In this document: one piece after another, positions 12,152 to 22,734 of the stretch
Numbering within the stretch: position 1 is the stretch's first letter
Layout: the number at the start of each line of letters is the position of its first letter
From: Psammoneis japonica
Lineage: Eukaryota
Reading direction: 5' to 3'
Length of the DNA: 64,000 nucleotides
Assembly (NCBI GenBank): GCA_008632985.1
Contig: QPGO01000013.1
Span: forward strand, 372,001 to 436,000
The notes under the pieces: generated by a model
The model's database searches: none
The model's input: only the letters and a program-made list of their open reading frames with translations
What the model was told of the DNA's origin: nothing
Made by a program: the position numbers and the translations under genes

Positions 12152-14281
12152 CTATTATCAATCGCGCGCAACCGTTCGAGCGAAAAAAAAGTTGAACGGC
12201 CCACGCGCGGGCGCAGAATTCTTTTTTCAATCTTGCATTTGAGGGCAAAATCTGCCTCCATGACGGTCATTTACCGTCTTTCGCCGCGACATGTCTCGTT
12301 CCACTAGGCTAATGGCCATAACCCTGTTTCGCTTGACGAACACGATAACATGATATCAAGAAAGGATGAATTAGACGACGAATCGAGTCAAAAATCTGAC
12401 TGAGAAGATTCCGCGGATCGCCGCGGTGGTGGTGCAATCCCAGCTGCTGCGAATGTGCAGCGATTGCCCGAAAGCCCTGCAGACTCCTCTGTTGCCAGCA
12501 GTGACGAAGGATCTCTTCAAGAAGTTATGCGCTGAGTAAATTGGTCATCGAGCCGCCTTGACAAATGCGACGACGAAGAGAACTGCGGCTGAATGGAATT
12601 TTGTCTGATCACAAAGCAGTTCCCATGGTTTCTCGCTGGTTCGAATTCAAATGACATGCCCCGCATTGTAAGTTGTTGATCGATTGTGTGTCTTGCATTG
12701 TTTCTTACAAAAACTCAACACTTGTTTTGTCACTCCTTTTTTGGCAAGGACACGCAACAGTGAACTCTCGCCAGCGGCTGCAACAGCATCCCCAATTTTT
12801 TGAGTTCTGTCATGGGAGGCAGTCAGTCTCATGCCATGCCGTCTCAGCCGCCACCGCCTCCGCCTCCAGCACAGCCAGTCCTTCCTCTACAGCAGGCTGG
12901 AGAGCCGTGCATGACAATGCCAGCAACAGACTGCACTGTTGCAACAGCACCACAGGGGGTGAAAATCGGGAACGAACCCACAGCAGGCCACCCCCATTTC
13001 CATCCCCCCCCCCACCTCTGCCACTGTTGCAGGAAGAGAGAGTCCTCCGGGCTGAAGCACATGCCGTGGTGGTGCTGGTGACATGGCACACTGTCACAAT
13101 TCGACAATGGGAGAAGCAAGCTGGGAGAGTCCGAAGCAGGCTTTTCATCCTGCTGTCCCGCATCCACCTGCAACTGCACTCTAGCTAGAGTGCATTTTAA
13201 AAATGGCAAAAGAGTGCAATGTGTTGACAATCACAGATGACAATGTCAGAGTTGACTCCACTGTGGCTGGACTTGGTGGTCACAGTGGCGGCAGGCAGCC
13301 AACAATGGCAGCTGCGTGGCAGGCCACCCGGTGCTCTCCCAAAAAGGCAGTCATCCAAATGGACTGACATGAAAGACACTCCACTGGACAATTCCACAGC
13401 AGTTCAATTGGGTTCATCTCAGGTGCCCGAGGTGGGAGCGTCAGAAGGCACACTCGAAAATGTTCCCACAACCACACCTCCAAGATGTCGTTGTCGCCTG
13501 CTCGGCACGTTCATCGGCGGCTTCGGGTTCATTCTGTCAATGCAAGAACGAGCAACCATTGAGCCACTGCCGGCATGGCTCCAACGTCAGCCGCCTCATT
13601 CATTTTGTTCTGGACGTGCCGCCACTCGACGACTCATCCGACGTCGTCGTGGTTGTGCTCAAGTTCCATCCAATGTCCACACCGACGTGATGCAGTCCAA
13701 ATGGGGTGCACAATGCTTCCGCATTTTGGATTCTATGTGTTCGTCAAGCGTGCATTGCAAATCACAGTTGACACGGTCTTTGCCGCACCATTTGCCTGTG
13801 CCACACATGTGGGATGGAACCATTGAAAATGATGTGTTTGGCTCGGCACCTGCTCGTACAAAAATCAGGAATGCAAGTCGTTGGTTCGCTGCAACAGCCA
13901 AACAGATTTTTACATGCCTCATCCATGTTGCACACGGCGAATGGATGAGATTGAGGTGAAGGCAAGCAGTGCAATGTTCGACCATGATGCACAATGCGCC
14001 GTGTCGATTCGCCCTTTTCAAGCGTGTGTTGAATGGATCAAAAAGCTTCCAGTGGATGCATTTGTTTGTTTGAAGCGCCTGTGGTGTTCTTCAGATCAAG
14101 TGCCAACAATGTTGCTTGGTTTATCGGCTTCAAACCATCTAAAAAAGCGAAAGAGACGGCAAATGACCGTCATGGAGGCAGATTTTGCCTTCCGATGCAC
14201 GCAAAATTGAAAAAAATTCTGCGCCCGCGTGGGCCGTTCAACTTTTTTTTCGCTCGAACGGTTGCGCGCGATAGACAATGC
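12152..14281 (-). mobile_element. Degenerate Tc1/IS630-like DNA transposon with ~130-bp terminal inverted repeats
   Basis: 12152-12284 is the reverse complement of 14147-14281 (gcgcgcaaccgttcgagcgaaaaaaaagttgaacggcccacgcg...). The interior encodes a DDE C-terminal motif. Both flanks read CA, compatible with a mutated TA target duplication (inference). Confidence 0.8.
13290..13490 (-). pseudogene. Tc1/IS630-type DDE transposase fragment
   Basis: WLWEHFRVCLLTLPPRAPEMNPIELLWN matches the LPPxSPELNPIExxW motif that carries the catalytic Glu. Confidence 0.75.
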
Positions 14282-15299
14282 CAAGCACACGCGCTTGCGG
14301 GGGCACGAATAATTTAGCACCACAAAAATGATGATGCTTTTAGTGAGAAGAAAATGGCATGTGTCCAGCGTCGTCACTCGGTTCAATCAAATCGGCAAGT
14401 TCGAAAGGCAGAGTGGATGTTTCGTGCTTGGCTCCCTCTGAACACGCCAACTCACATTTGAACTGTCATGCCTTGAGAGAATCACACTGGACAAGCGCGC
14501 CAGGCGACAGATTGACCAGTTTGTTGACAAGAGCAGAGATTGCATCATGAGTCTGAGAGTGTGAGCAGTCCAAGGACTGAAAGGGGTGGGGAGGAGCATG
14601 GCCACCACAGATGAATTGCCACAGAGCAATTGTGCATGCAATCATTGTGCCCCAACAGCAGGCAGGGACAACAACATGGAGCGGGCTTGCACTTGAGTCT
14701 GTGAACACCGTGCAGAGGAGCTGGCGAGCCACAGGAGACCCTCCCACAGCATGGTGCAGAGACAAAGAAGACAAGCATCTTCAAAAGATGCCATGGCCAC
14801 AGGTGTCAAGCCTCAGGGAACTGGCAGGACCAGTGCCGCCAGATTGGGCTTGGACATGGCATCGAAGAAGCACTCCCCATTGTGGGAGCTGCAGAGTCTG
14901 AAGTCAGAGCTGGTGTCAACAGGCATGGTCTGGAACAAAGCAATCACTGAAGTCATCCACATCTTCAGGCTTGACAGCCTCAACCACAATCTCAAGGTTG
15001 CTTTCTCTGAGATGCAGGAGCTGGCTTGCAGGAGATGTGTGCTGCAAATGCCGCAAGAGGAGATGGGGGTCTCGACTGCACCACAGCAATGGAGCCCAGT
15101 TCATGCCAGCTCTTTGCCATCAACAGGTGCATCCTTGGGCATGTCAGTCAGATCTGTGAGCAGTCTGGGTGGGTAGCCCAAGTGGGGTGCCTGAGTCTGT
15201 GATGTCGGTGGATGTGAAGTCTCCTGCTGCAGGCTGCTCTTGAAGAGTGCAGTGCTTTGGCAGCTCTCACACACATTGTCTGTTTTGTTTTGATTTGCA

Positions 15300-16300
15300 T
15301 GCATGCACCTCCCCAATTTTGGTGGGCTTGCAAGCACACTTTCCACAGAAATGGGTGGTCAAGTTGCGCTTGTTCTTGATGGGCTTGTTGCTGGGTGGGT
15401 GCAATCATGATGGGGCTCGTTGGTGTGAGCAACTCTCTGCAGGAGGTGGCGAGACAGCAGGAGCTGCCACTGGCATGTCCTTCTTGTTCTGTTGTTGCTG
15501 CTGACACTTTTCTTTCTAGCGCCTCTGTCACTCTGCATGCACAGGACATTTGGGATCAATGACTCAGTGGTCCATGGCTTTGCAGGAGTGGCAGGCACCC
15601 TTGACAATGTTCTTGAAAGCACCATTGTTCTGGGGGAGCTGCTTTGCAGACAGGCCAGACCAATTCTTGTCAGCAACATGGAACTGACATTGCTGTTGAA
15701 GGTGTGTGATGCATCATGCAGCAGTCCCCAGTTGAGCAGTTGGAGTTCTTGGCAAGTGCCTTGGGATTGCCAAGGTGGCACTTGTGCTCCATGAGTGAAG
15801 GCTTGTCCATCTTGGTGCATGTTTTGTGATTGAATGCCTCACATGACACATTTGTGCACTTCTTCAGGATGTCCGATCCAAGATTGATGGGCAGCACACA
15901 CCAGGCTTAGAGCAGCCTGGCAAGACAGAGAGTGCTTTGGCAGCCAACTCAGAAAAAATGTCCTCACCAGGACAGGCAGATGGCAACAGAGTTTCAAAAT
16001 CTTTTGTGGCTTGTGTGGCATCATGGATGGCAGATGCACTGCAAGAAGTGTTCAGTGCCATCGTCAAACAGACCTGACCAAGACGGTGTGCTCAAACAGA
16101 TCGTCATGATCAAGTTGGACCTTGATCTTCTCCCTGGGTCAATGGGAGATGAAAGACTTAATGACCAACCTTTACAGGGAGATGTCATTGTGCTTGCAAT
16201 TGTTGCAGGCAGGGAGCAGGTCCAAGAGAGAGCTTGGTGGGTTTGCAGTTGTCATCCAACAGTGACCCACCCATGCAGCACCCATGCTTGGGATGGAGAC
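15300..16300 (-). mobile_element. Copia (CoDi-like) gag remnant, hypermutated
   Basis: Minus-strand fragments TKDFETLLPSACPGEDI (YPGE[D/N]I with Y->C) and a zinc-knuckle-like CHSCKAMDH...KC; stops and frameshifts present. Confidence 0.55.
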
Positions 16301-17194
16301 CACTGGACTTTGGAGGAACAGGCCTGGGCAGAGGCATTGTTGTTGGCAGCAGCAGTGCCAGCAGCATTACAAGCAGCAGCCAGCGCCAGTTGCCAGGGTG
16401 CTGGATGACCCCTTTGGAGTTTCAGCAGCTGCCTTGGTGCTGGAAGACCCTTTTGGAGTTTTGGGAGCTCCTGCCATGGTTGACACACCTCACCAGACAG
16501 CTCAATGTGCAGGGCTTGGCAGGAAACATGTGCAGAATTTGAAACAAAATGTCAAAACAGAGGTTCTTGATGTTGCATCAATCGAAGACTGCTGCAGAAA
16601 CGCAACGATCAAACGGCGATGATGGCATCAGTGTGGGGTCACTCGAGGGGCAAGTCTTGGCTTGGCATGGACTCAGAGAGTTCAAAACAACTCAATCTGG
16701 GTTTGATGTTGCAGCATTCAAAAATGACGATTCATGACAATGGCATTTTCCCGACCATGGGTCACCTCCTTTGGCAGAAAATGTGAGCGGGAGAGCGAGA
16801 CTCAAACGCATGCAAGGCATCTCTTGAAATGACAAACAGCACATCTCTTTTTGAATTGACAAAGAATGATGACTTTCAAAACAAATGGACAATGACTGGT
16901 TGATGGTGACTGCCTTTGATGAGGATGCACTGGTTCGGTGCAGCTCTGGTGAAAAACATGCTGCACACTGTGCGCTTGGGCTTGATGACCAGTTGTTGCA
17001 CCAATGTGTGGCTGGTGACATCAAAGGAGCAAAAAGCTCAAGGTTGTAAACTAAAAACTGTTGTTGTTGCAAAAGCTGTTGACCAAAAATTATGACTGCA
17101 AATGTCGAGCAGAGATGTGGAGGCAGAATTTGAAGTTGGGCTGCATGCGACGAGAACACAACACTGGTCTTTGGCACATTGTTTTCCTTGTTGA

Positions 17195-17360
17195 AACTGA
17201 GACTTGAGTGACCAAAAACCTTCCTTTGCACCTGCCACTGCTTCCTGACCCATCTTGGCAGCGACATTGCATGCTGCCTCGCCCAGTGCCTCTTGAGGCC
17301 ATCAGTCTCAATCTAAGTCACTGTTCTCGTTGACATGAAAAGTGGTGAGAAGCTGACTCT
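17195..17360. repeat. Dispersed repeat, copy 2 (see 10000-10170)
   Basis: Direct similarity to 10000-10170. Confidence 0.85.
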
Positions 17361-17518
17361 CTCCAGTGTCGCGCTCCATGCTCAGCGTCTCAGCGTGCGC
17401 TCCGTTCATTTTTTTTGCATTTTTTTGCATTTCTGTCGCTCTGTCGCCTGTCGCCTGTCGTTCTTGCTATTCGACCTCGACACCCGCCCAAGCAAAAGTA
17501 AACAATCGAGCAACGACA

Positions 17519-18457
17519 ATGACTCGTTCCAAAGAAGCTCTTCTTCGTAGAGCGGAGAAGCGTGGTCGTTCTGTAGAAGAACAAAAAATGATCGATGGCA
17601 GCAAGAGACCACGCCGTGCGGAAAACTTCGATTGCTTGAAAGCACCGGGTCCAACCCGACAAAGCGAAAACACTACCAGTCCAACAAATAATGTCTCTAA
17701 AACGGAAGCATGCAATTCGAAACTTCCCCTCAATAGTGTTGTTTCCGCACACAAGACAAACGGCGTTGTTGCTTTTACTACAACAAACAAGCCACAGAAA
17801 TGGGCCAAACAAGCGTCGGCAGATCAAATCTCTGCAAACCAGACGCTTCGGAAACGATTTCTTGAAAACGACGACACGTTGACTGAGGAAGAAACAAAGC
17901 GTGCCAAGATTCTGTTGGCACGAGACGAACGTAAAATGAAAAAGAAACTACTAGAGGCAAAGAAGAAATCTAGTGTCGTTCGCAAGGCGCCAGCAAAGAC
18001 GATGCCTCCGACGACGAAAGCAAAACTCAAGGAACAAACCAAGAGAAACAAGGCACTTCGTAAACGAATTGCAAAGACAGGAGGCGAGGGAATGAGTAAA
18101 CAAGACATTGAACGATACCGTCAACTTGTGACGCGTGATGAGCGCAAAAAAGCCGAGCGAGAACGTGCCAACAAAACCGAGAAGACACAGGTGGAGACCG
18201 CCGACACCAACGGCAACTCTGATGAAAATAAAGGGGGAGAAATAGACAAGAGTGACAATACTGTAGCAGTCAAAGACCATCAAGAGATGAAAGAAACCGG
18301 ACGAGTGCTGACAAAAGAAGAACGCAAGGCGCTACGCAAACAATACAAAAGGACTGGAGGTGAAGGCATGAGCCAAGACGATGTCGACCTGGCAAAATTG
18401 TTGATGGAGCAAAGGAAGGAAAGAAAGGGCCGCCGAAAGACGGTAGAGAAGCTGTAA
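17519..18457 (+). CDS. Lys/Arg-rich protein with three internal ~35-aa repeats, 312 aa
   Basis: ATG at 17519 (MTRSKEALLRRAEKRGRS). Repeats: NQTLRKRFLENDDTLTEEETKRAKILLARDERK, NKALRKRIAKTGGEGMSKQDIERYRQLVTRDERK, RKALRKQYKRTGGEGMSQDDVDLAKLLMEQRKERK. Confidence 0.85.
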   Translation: MTRSKEALLRRAEKRGRSVEEQKMIDGSKRPRRAENFDCLKAPGPTRQSENTTSPTNNVSKTEACNSKLPLNSVVSAHKTNGVVAFTTTNKPQKWAKQASADQISANQTLRKRFLENDDTLTEEETKRAKILLARDERKMKKKLLEAKKKSSVVRKAPAKTMPPTTKAKLKEQTKRNKALRKRIAKTGGEGMSKQDIERYRQLVTRDERKKAERERANKTEKTQVETADTNGNSDENKGGEIDKSDNTVAVKDHQEMKETGRVLTKEERKALRKQYKRTGGEGMSQDDVDLAKLLMEQRKERKGRRKTVEKL

Positions 18458-18512
18458 AGAGACGTGAAGTAGAGTCGAACAAAAAACGGAATATCTATGT
18501 TTACGGGACCGG

Positions 18513-20096
18513 CTATCGGTAAATCTCCCAGTAAACATCATCTAACTGGTCACCGCACATGGATCTCAGTATAATCATCCACCATGTTCTTCCAAGAGCG
18601 CTTAAGACTTCCAATCCTGGATGGACCATGTGCTTTCCAATTGAATTTTCAATATTTATCTCTCGATTGTCGGGACGAGCCAATGTCATCCAGTACGCAT
18701 CCATGACGTGAATTGTGTCTTGGTATTCCTTCAAGACGTCAAACGCAATGCTGTTGAAGTGCGCCACCATGTTGGGTGACATGGAGAAGGCTTGCTTAAT
18801 GTGTGGAGGCCAACTAAACCCGAAATTGCCGTATCGAAGCCAGCCAGCTGTTGTCGACTGAAACACTTTCAATTCTGCCGGATAGTCCGCCATGTATTGA
18901 ACAAGCTGTGCAAAGAGCTTTCGATACTCGACCGAGCACGACAGTTCTGTATCGCTTTGGTTCAAGACGTCATTCCGGGTAATACTGTATTTTTCACTGC
19001 ACAGTTGTGCCACGTCGTGCAATCCAGTGTTGAAAATAACAAAACGGCGCTCGTCGGTAAAGTTCTCCTTAATGGCATCGAGTTCGGCGGTAACATTGCT
19101 CATCATGACGTGAATTCCTCCACTTGTAGAAATGCGAGTTGATCTAATATCAAGAGAGCCTTCTAGCAACGACTGCTTGAATTGAAGCTGTTGCAAAAGA
19201 CTGACGGAATCTCCAACGAATATAACATGCACCGATTGATTCTTGTGATCGTTGCGGCACTGGCCAACGAGCTCGTGAAACTCATCGGTACCCAGCGAGC
19301 GTGGTGGTAGCAAGAAGCAATCATTGGGCACATAGTCCATCATTATCCCCAAGGAATTCTTGCTTGACTGGTAGCCCCGAAGGGACACCTTTTCGTTCGT
19401 GTTGTTGAAGCCGAGCTCGTGCTGTCGATTCGAAACCTTGTCCGTCACCACCCATCTCCGCTTGCCATAGGCGGAGTTACTGTCTGTCTCAACAAGTTGA
19501 TTCAACAAGCACAGCTTGTGGCTGGTCATTTCATCGACTCTTGATACCTTTGAACTTTCTTGCACTGTGAGTTGAATTGGAAACCCAGGAACGTTGTATC
19601 CTTCATATGCTGGGCTTTCCGGCACCATCGGATACGAATCGAAGTCTGGAGAATACGACGACACCAAAACCACCTCAACCGTGTAATGCCCAGGATCCAT
19701 TGGCAGAATAACGATAGTGTACGTTCCATCATGATTATCCTCGACCTGGCCGGTAATCACAGCGGGTCCGTATGCACGAACGTAGAAGTGCGCACCGCCG
19801 TTTTTGCACTTTGCGTGATTGCAAACGACGACAAGGGTCGAAGGCCTATCAACTTGACCCATCAATGGAGCTTTGTAAATCTTAAAATTTCCAGCCAAGG
19901 TTGATTCGGGTCTGCTCCAACCCGTGTATCCAGGCAGTTCGCCGGGCACCAACGAAAGGGACGAATCGGCATTCCCTCCCAGTGCTTCCTTGACGGTCGA
20001 TCGCTCCGGGATACTGTACATGGTCGAAACCACATTTTGATAGACCGCAAACCCCGAGAGGAAGGTCAAAAGGATAACTAGCTTTTGCATCAACAT
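18513..20096 (-). CDS. Secreted or type II membrane protein with filamin/Ig-like domain and SGNH (NXPE/PC-esterase-like) domain
   Basis: 527-aa ORF; hydrophobic N-terminus; Ig-like segment GGAHFYVRAYGPAVITGQVEDNHDGTYT; SGNH blocks FVGDS, FNTGLHD and a C-terminal HMVHP. Confidence 0.85.
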   Translation of the reverse strand: MLMQKLVILLTFLSGFAVYQNVVSTMYSIPERSTVKEALGGNADSSLSLVPGELPGYTGWSRPESTLAGNFKIYKAPLMGQVDRPSTLVVVCNHAKCKNGGAHFYVRAYGPAVITGQVEDNHDGTYTIVILPMDPGHYTVEVVLVSSYSPDFDSYPMVPESPAYEGYNVPGFPIQLTVQESSKVSRVDEMTSHKLCLLNQLVETDSNSAYGKRRWVVTDKVSNRQHELGFNNTNEKVSLRGYQSSKNSLGIMMDYVPNDCFLLPPRSLGTDEFHELVGQCRNDHKNQSVHVIFVGDSVSLLQQLQFKQSLLEGSLDIRSTRISTSGGIHVMMSNVTAELDAIKENFTDERRFVIFNTGLHDVAQLCSEKYSITRNDVLNQSDTELSCSVEYRKLFAQLVQYMADYPAELKVFQSTTAGWLRYGNFGFSWPPHIKQAFSMSPNMVAHFNSIAFDVLKEYQDTIHVMDAYWMTLARPDNREINIENSIGKHMVHPGLEVLSALGRTWWMIILRSMCGDQLDDVYWEIYR

Positions 20097-21444
20097 TCTG
20101 GCGTTTTTATGATGTCTTCAAGATGCTCTCGATGCTCGAGCCATTTTGAAAAAAGTGAGGGTGGTTCAACGACACATTTTATGTTGCTTTCATCAACAAG
20201 AACAAAACATTATTTCCCATTATATTCATTAATATATACTAGGATAATCAATGTTTCTATTTATTTTATGTAGATTTCTACCCACGCAGCTACAGTAGTA
20301 CCTACCGCGCGATGCGGCAGCGCGGCTCACTGCTCGCTCCACTGCGACGACGACGATCTCAGATCGATCGATCGGATCGAGATCGAATCCTACCGGTATC
20401 CATATCCTAGTGCCTAGGAACTACGTATCCTATCTGCTCCGCCTTATTCCGATCGCTTGTCCACTTCATTACATCACCTTATTCATTTTAACTCTGCATT
20501 TGCTGTCCGAACAGACACCAACTTGGACCCGAGTTCTTTTGAAGTTTGAAAAGGAACGCACATTGGTTCTCCTGCTTTTCTCATTGCATTGAAATGACAT
20601 GAGAGAGAATTCCTCGAAAAGTGAATCCATTCATAGATGTGTCTCAAGTAGAGAGGCATCTTTATGAATTGCTTGTATGAAGTGGGCCTTTGAATCAGAC
20701 AAGTGCGGAGCATCAACGCCGCATGCTCTCATCATTGCCTTGAAACGACATGCGACGGAACTCATCAATGTCTGGATGTTTAAAACTCCCATTTTTCGAT
20801 TTATTAATTGATTTTACAGCCGAATTGCAACGAGCTCGATGCTCGCGCCTACGGGCGCTATGACTGCACAAGTAAAAGTAGTGTGCAGAATGGAAAGAAA
20901 GCATGGGGTTGAAAAATGTGAGGGCTAAAAATTTCGATTAAATGTTCATATTCAGGGCCTTATGCTATAGACCATATTCTCAATCTGATTCACTTATAAA
21001 GTTCATTCTCGCCCGTTCCCCGAGCTAACCGAAGCAGCATCCATCAAAAAGGGCTGTTTGCCTGCGTTGAACGACTTTTAGAGAAGTCATCTCTCGGCTA
21101 AGACTGTCCTAGCCGGGAGTGTCCAGAATCCAAAGGCTGCCTTTTGAATTGGCAACAGCGCGCACTCGTGTTGTTTCCGAGGAATTGTTTCTCCTTCAAG
21201 TTTGCTCGTGCAGGAAGTTGGATTGGAGCAAGTTGAATTCAAGAGTAGCTCTACTAGCTAGACAAGAAAAGACTGTAGTTGCACTCGTTTTGGTTCATTT
21301 ATTTTTATTGTTTTGCAAGTAGTATAGTATGAGATGATCGTGTGACAAAAACATGAACGAGATGCAAAATTATAGTGTTGCAGTTGTGATGCGACCGTCG
21401 AGGACCGATCATTAAAAAAAAAAGAGCAAATAGTTGGAAGAGAA

Positions 21445-22734
21445 TTAGTTGTTGGAATCCACCGATGCTTCGTCTTCGGAGCTCAGCACGTCGGGAGTCA
21501 CCAACGCTGGATAGAATGCTTCTGGAATGTCGTTGAAGGTGACTCGCTTGGTAGAAGAAGTCAAAGGTGGCAGCAAGGGAGCAGTAACGGGTCGTACCGA
21601 ACAGTTATCCGGTGACACGAGTCTGAGTTGTTCGGGAGGTGATACTGGCGGCGAGTCGCAACGCTGTCGCTTGCAAGGCTGTTGATTTGTTACGTCCTCA
21701 AACGAACGCTTCTTTAGAATTCCTCCCTGAACGTTTCGGCACACGGGCTTCACCACTCCGCTGTCGCCAAGCGCGTTCACTCGAGTGTTGAAATGCACGA
21801 TAGACTTAGCCACTTCCTGTGTGGCACTGTAGGAAATGACTCGCGTTGACATGCCTGTCGAGAAACTCTTGAGAACAAACGATGGGGCACCCGGGCCACC
21901 GAATCGAATGAGTGAGCCTCTCCTTACCCTGTGAGGCATCACCAAACCCGACTCAGGCGCGCTCCGAACTCGTTTGCCATTGACAAAAGTACCATGAGCA
22001 GAGCCACAATCAACGATATAGCATGAGCCGTTCGGATGATGAAAGAGTAATGCATGTCTACGGGAGGACGTCTCGTGCCAGAGCTGAACGTCCGACGTAG
22101 GAGAGCGTCCGATTCTGAAAGCGGCTTGGCTTGTCAAAGCGACGGCTTGGTGTGTGCCGAGAGCTTCGCATACCGGCTGAAAGGAGAAAAGAAAAAACAT
22201 CAGGTGTGAGTAACATCGTCTGGCAAAGAAACATCACATCGCGCTTTTGCAAAATATAAAACATACCTCAAGTCGAGCCTCTCCCCTAGCTGGAACCGCC
22301 CATGATGGTGGTTCGATAAGCGGTGGGCTCGGTGCAAGACGCATCAGCGATCGAGAGGTTGTTCTAAGGACACTCGTCATGTTGATTTCGGTCGTTTGGT
22401 TTGACTCTGATTGCTGCAAGAAATGTGAAAGAACTGTCGGCGGTTGCCTTTGATGTTGCGAGTCGGAATCGCTCAACTTTCCCGTGTAACGGTTGAGCGT
22501 TGAGTCCCTGCAAGCCGCCGAGCCGCCCGTATTACCGGTCACCGTAGAAATGCACGCCGAAAAATTTGCACTTGCGACTGCGTTAAGTTTCGATGACGTC
22601 AAGTCAGAAAGCCCTCTCCGCGCACATTCATCCGTGTGGTGTTCGACGACGGCGTCCCCCATGGACATTTGCCGACGAGGAATGGCACCACAAAGGCTGA
22701 CATCCACTGTCACTTTCCCCAGTGATAGAGGCAT
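21445..22734 (-). CDS. FHA-domain protein, NIPP1-like; 2 exons (22734-22267, 22176-21445)
   Basis: FHA motifs IGRSP, SRRHA, DCGSAHGTFVNG; PP1-docking KRVTF near the C-terminus; a GTATGT...TTTCAG intron (22266-22177) joins ARGEARLE to PVCEALG in frame. Confidence 0.88.

Noticed and set aside
10000..17360. Direct repeats at 10.0 and 17.2 kb as LTRs of one element capturing the 10.9-12.0 kb gene
   Set aside because: No TG...CA termini, TSD, PBS or PPT found; more likely independent fragments of one family.
20350..20400. GATC-rich run gatctcagatcgatcgatcggatcgagatcg
   Set aside because: Short low-complexity intergenic tract with no supportable function.
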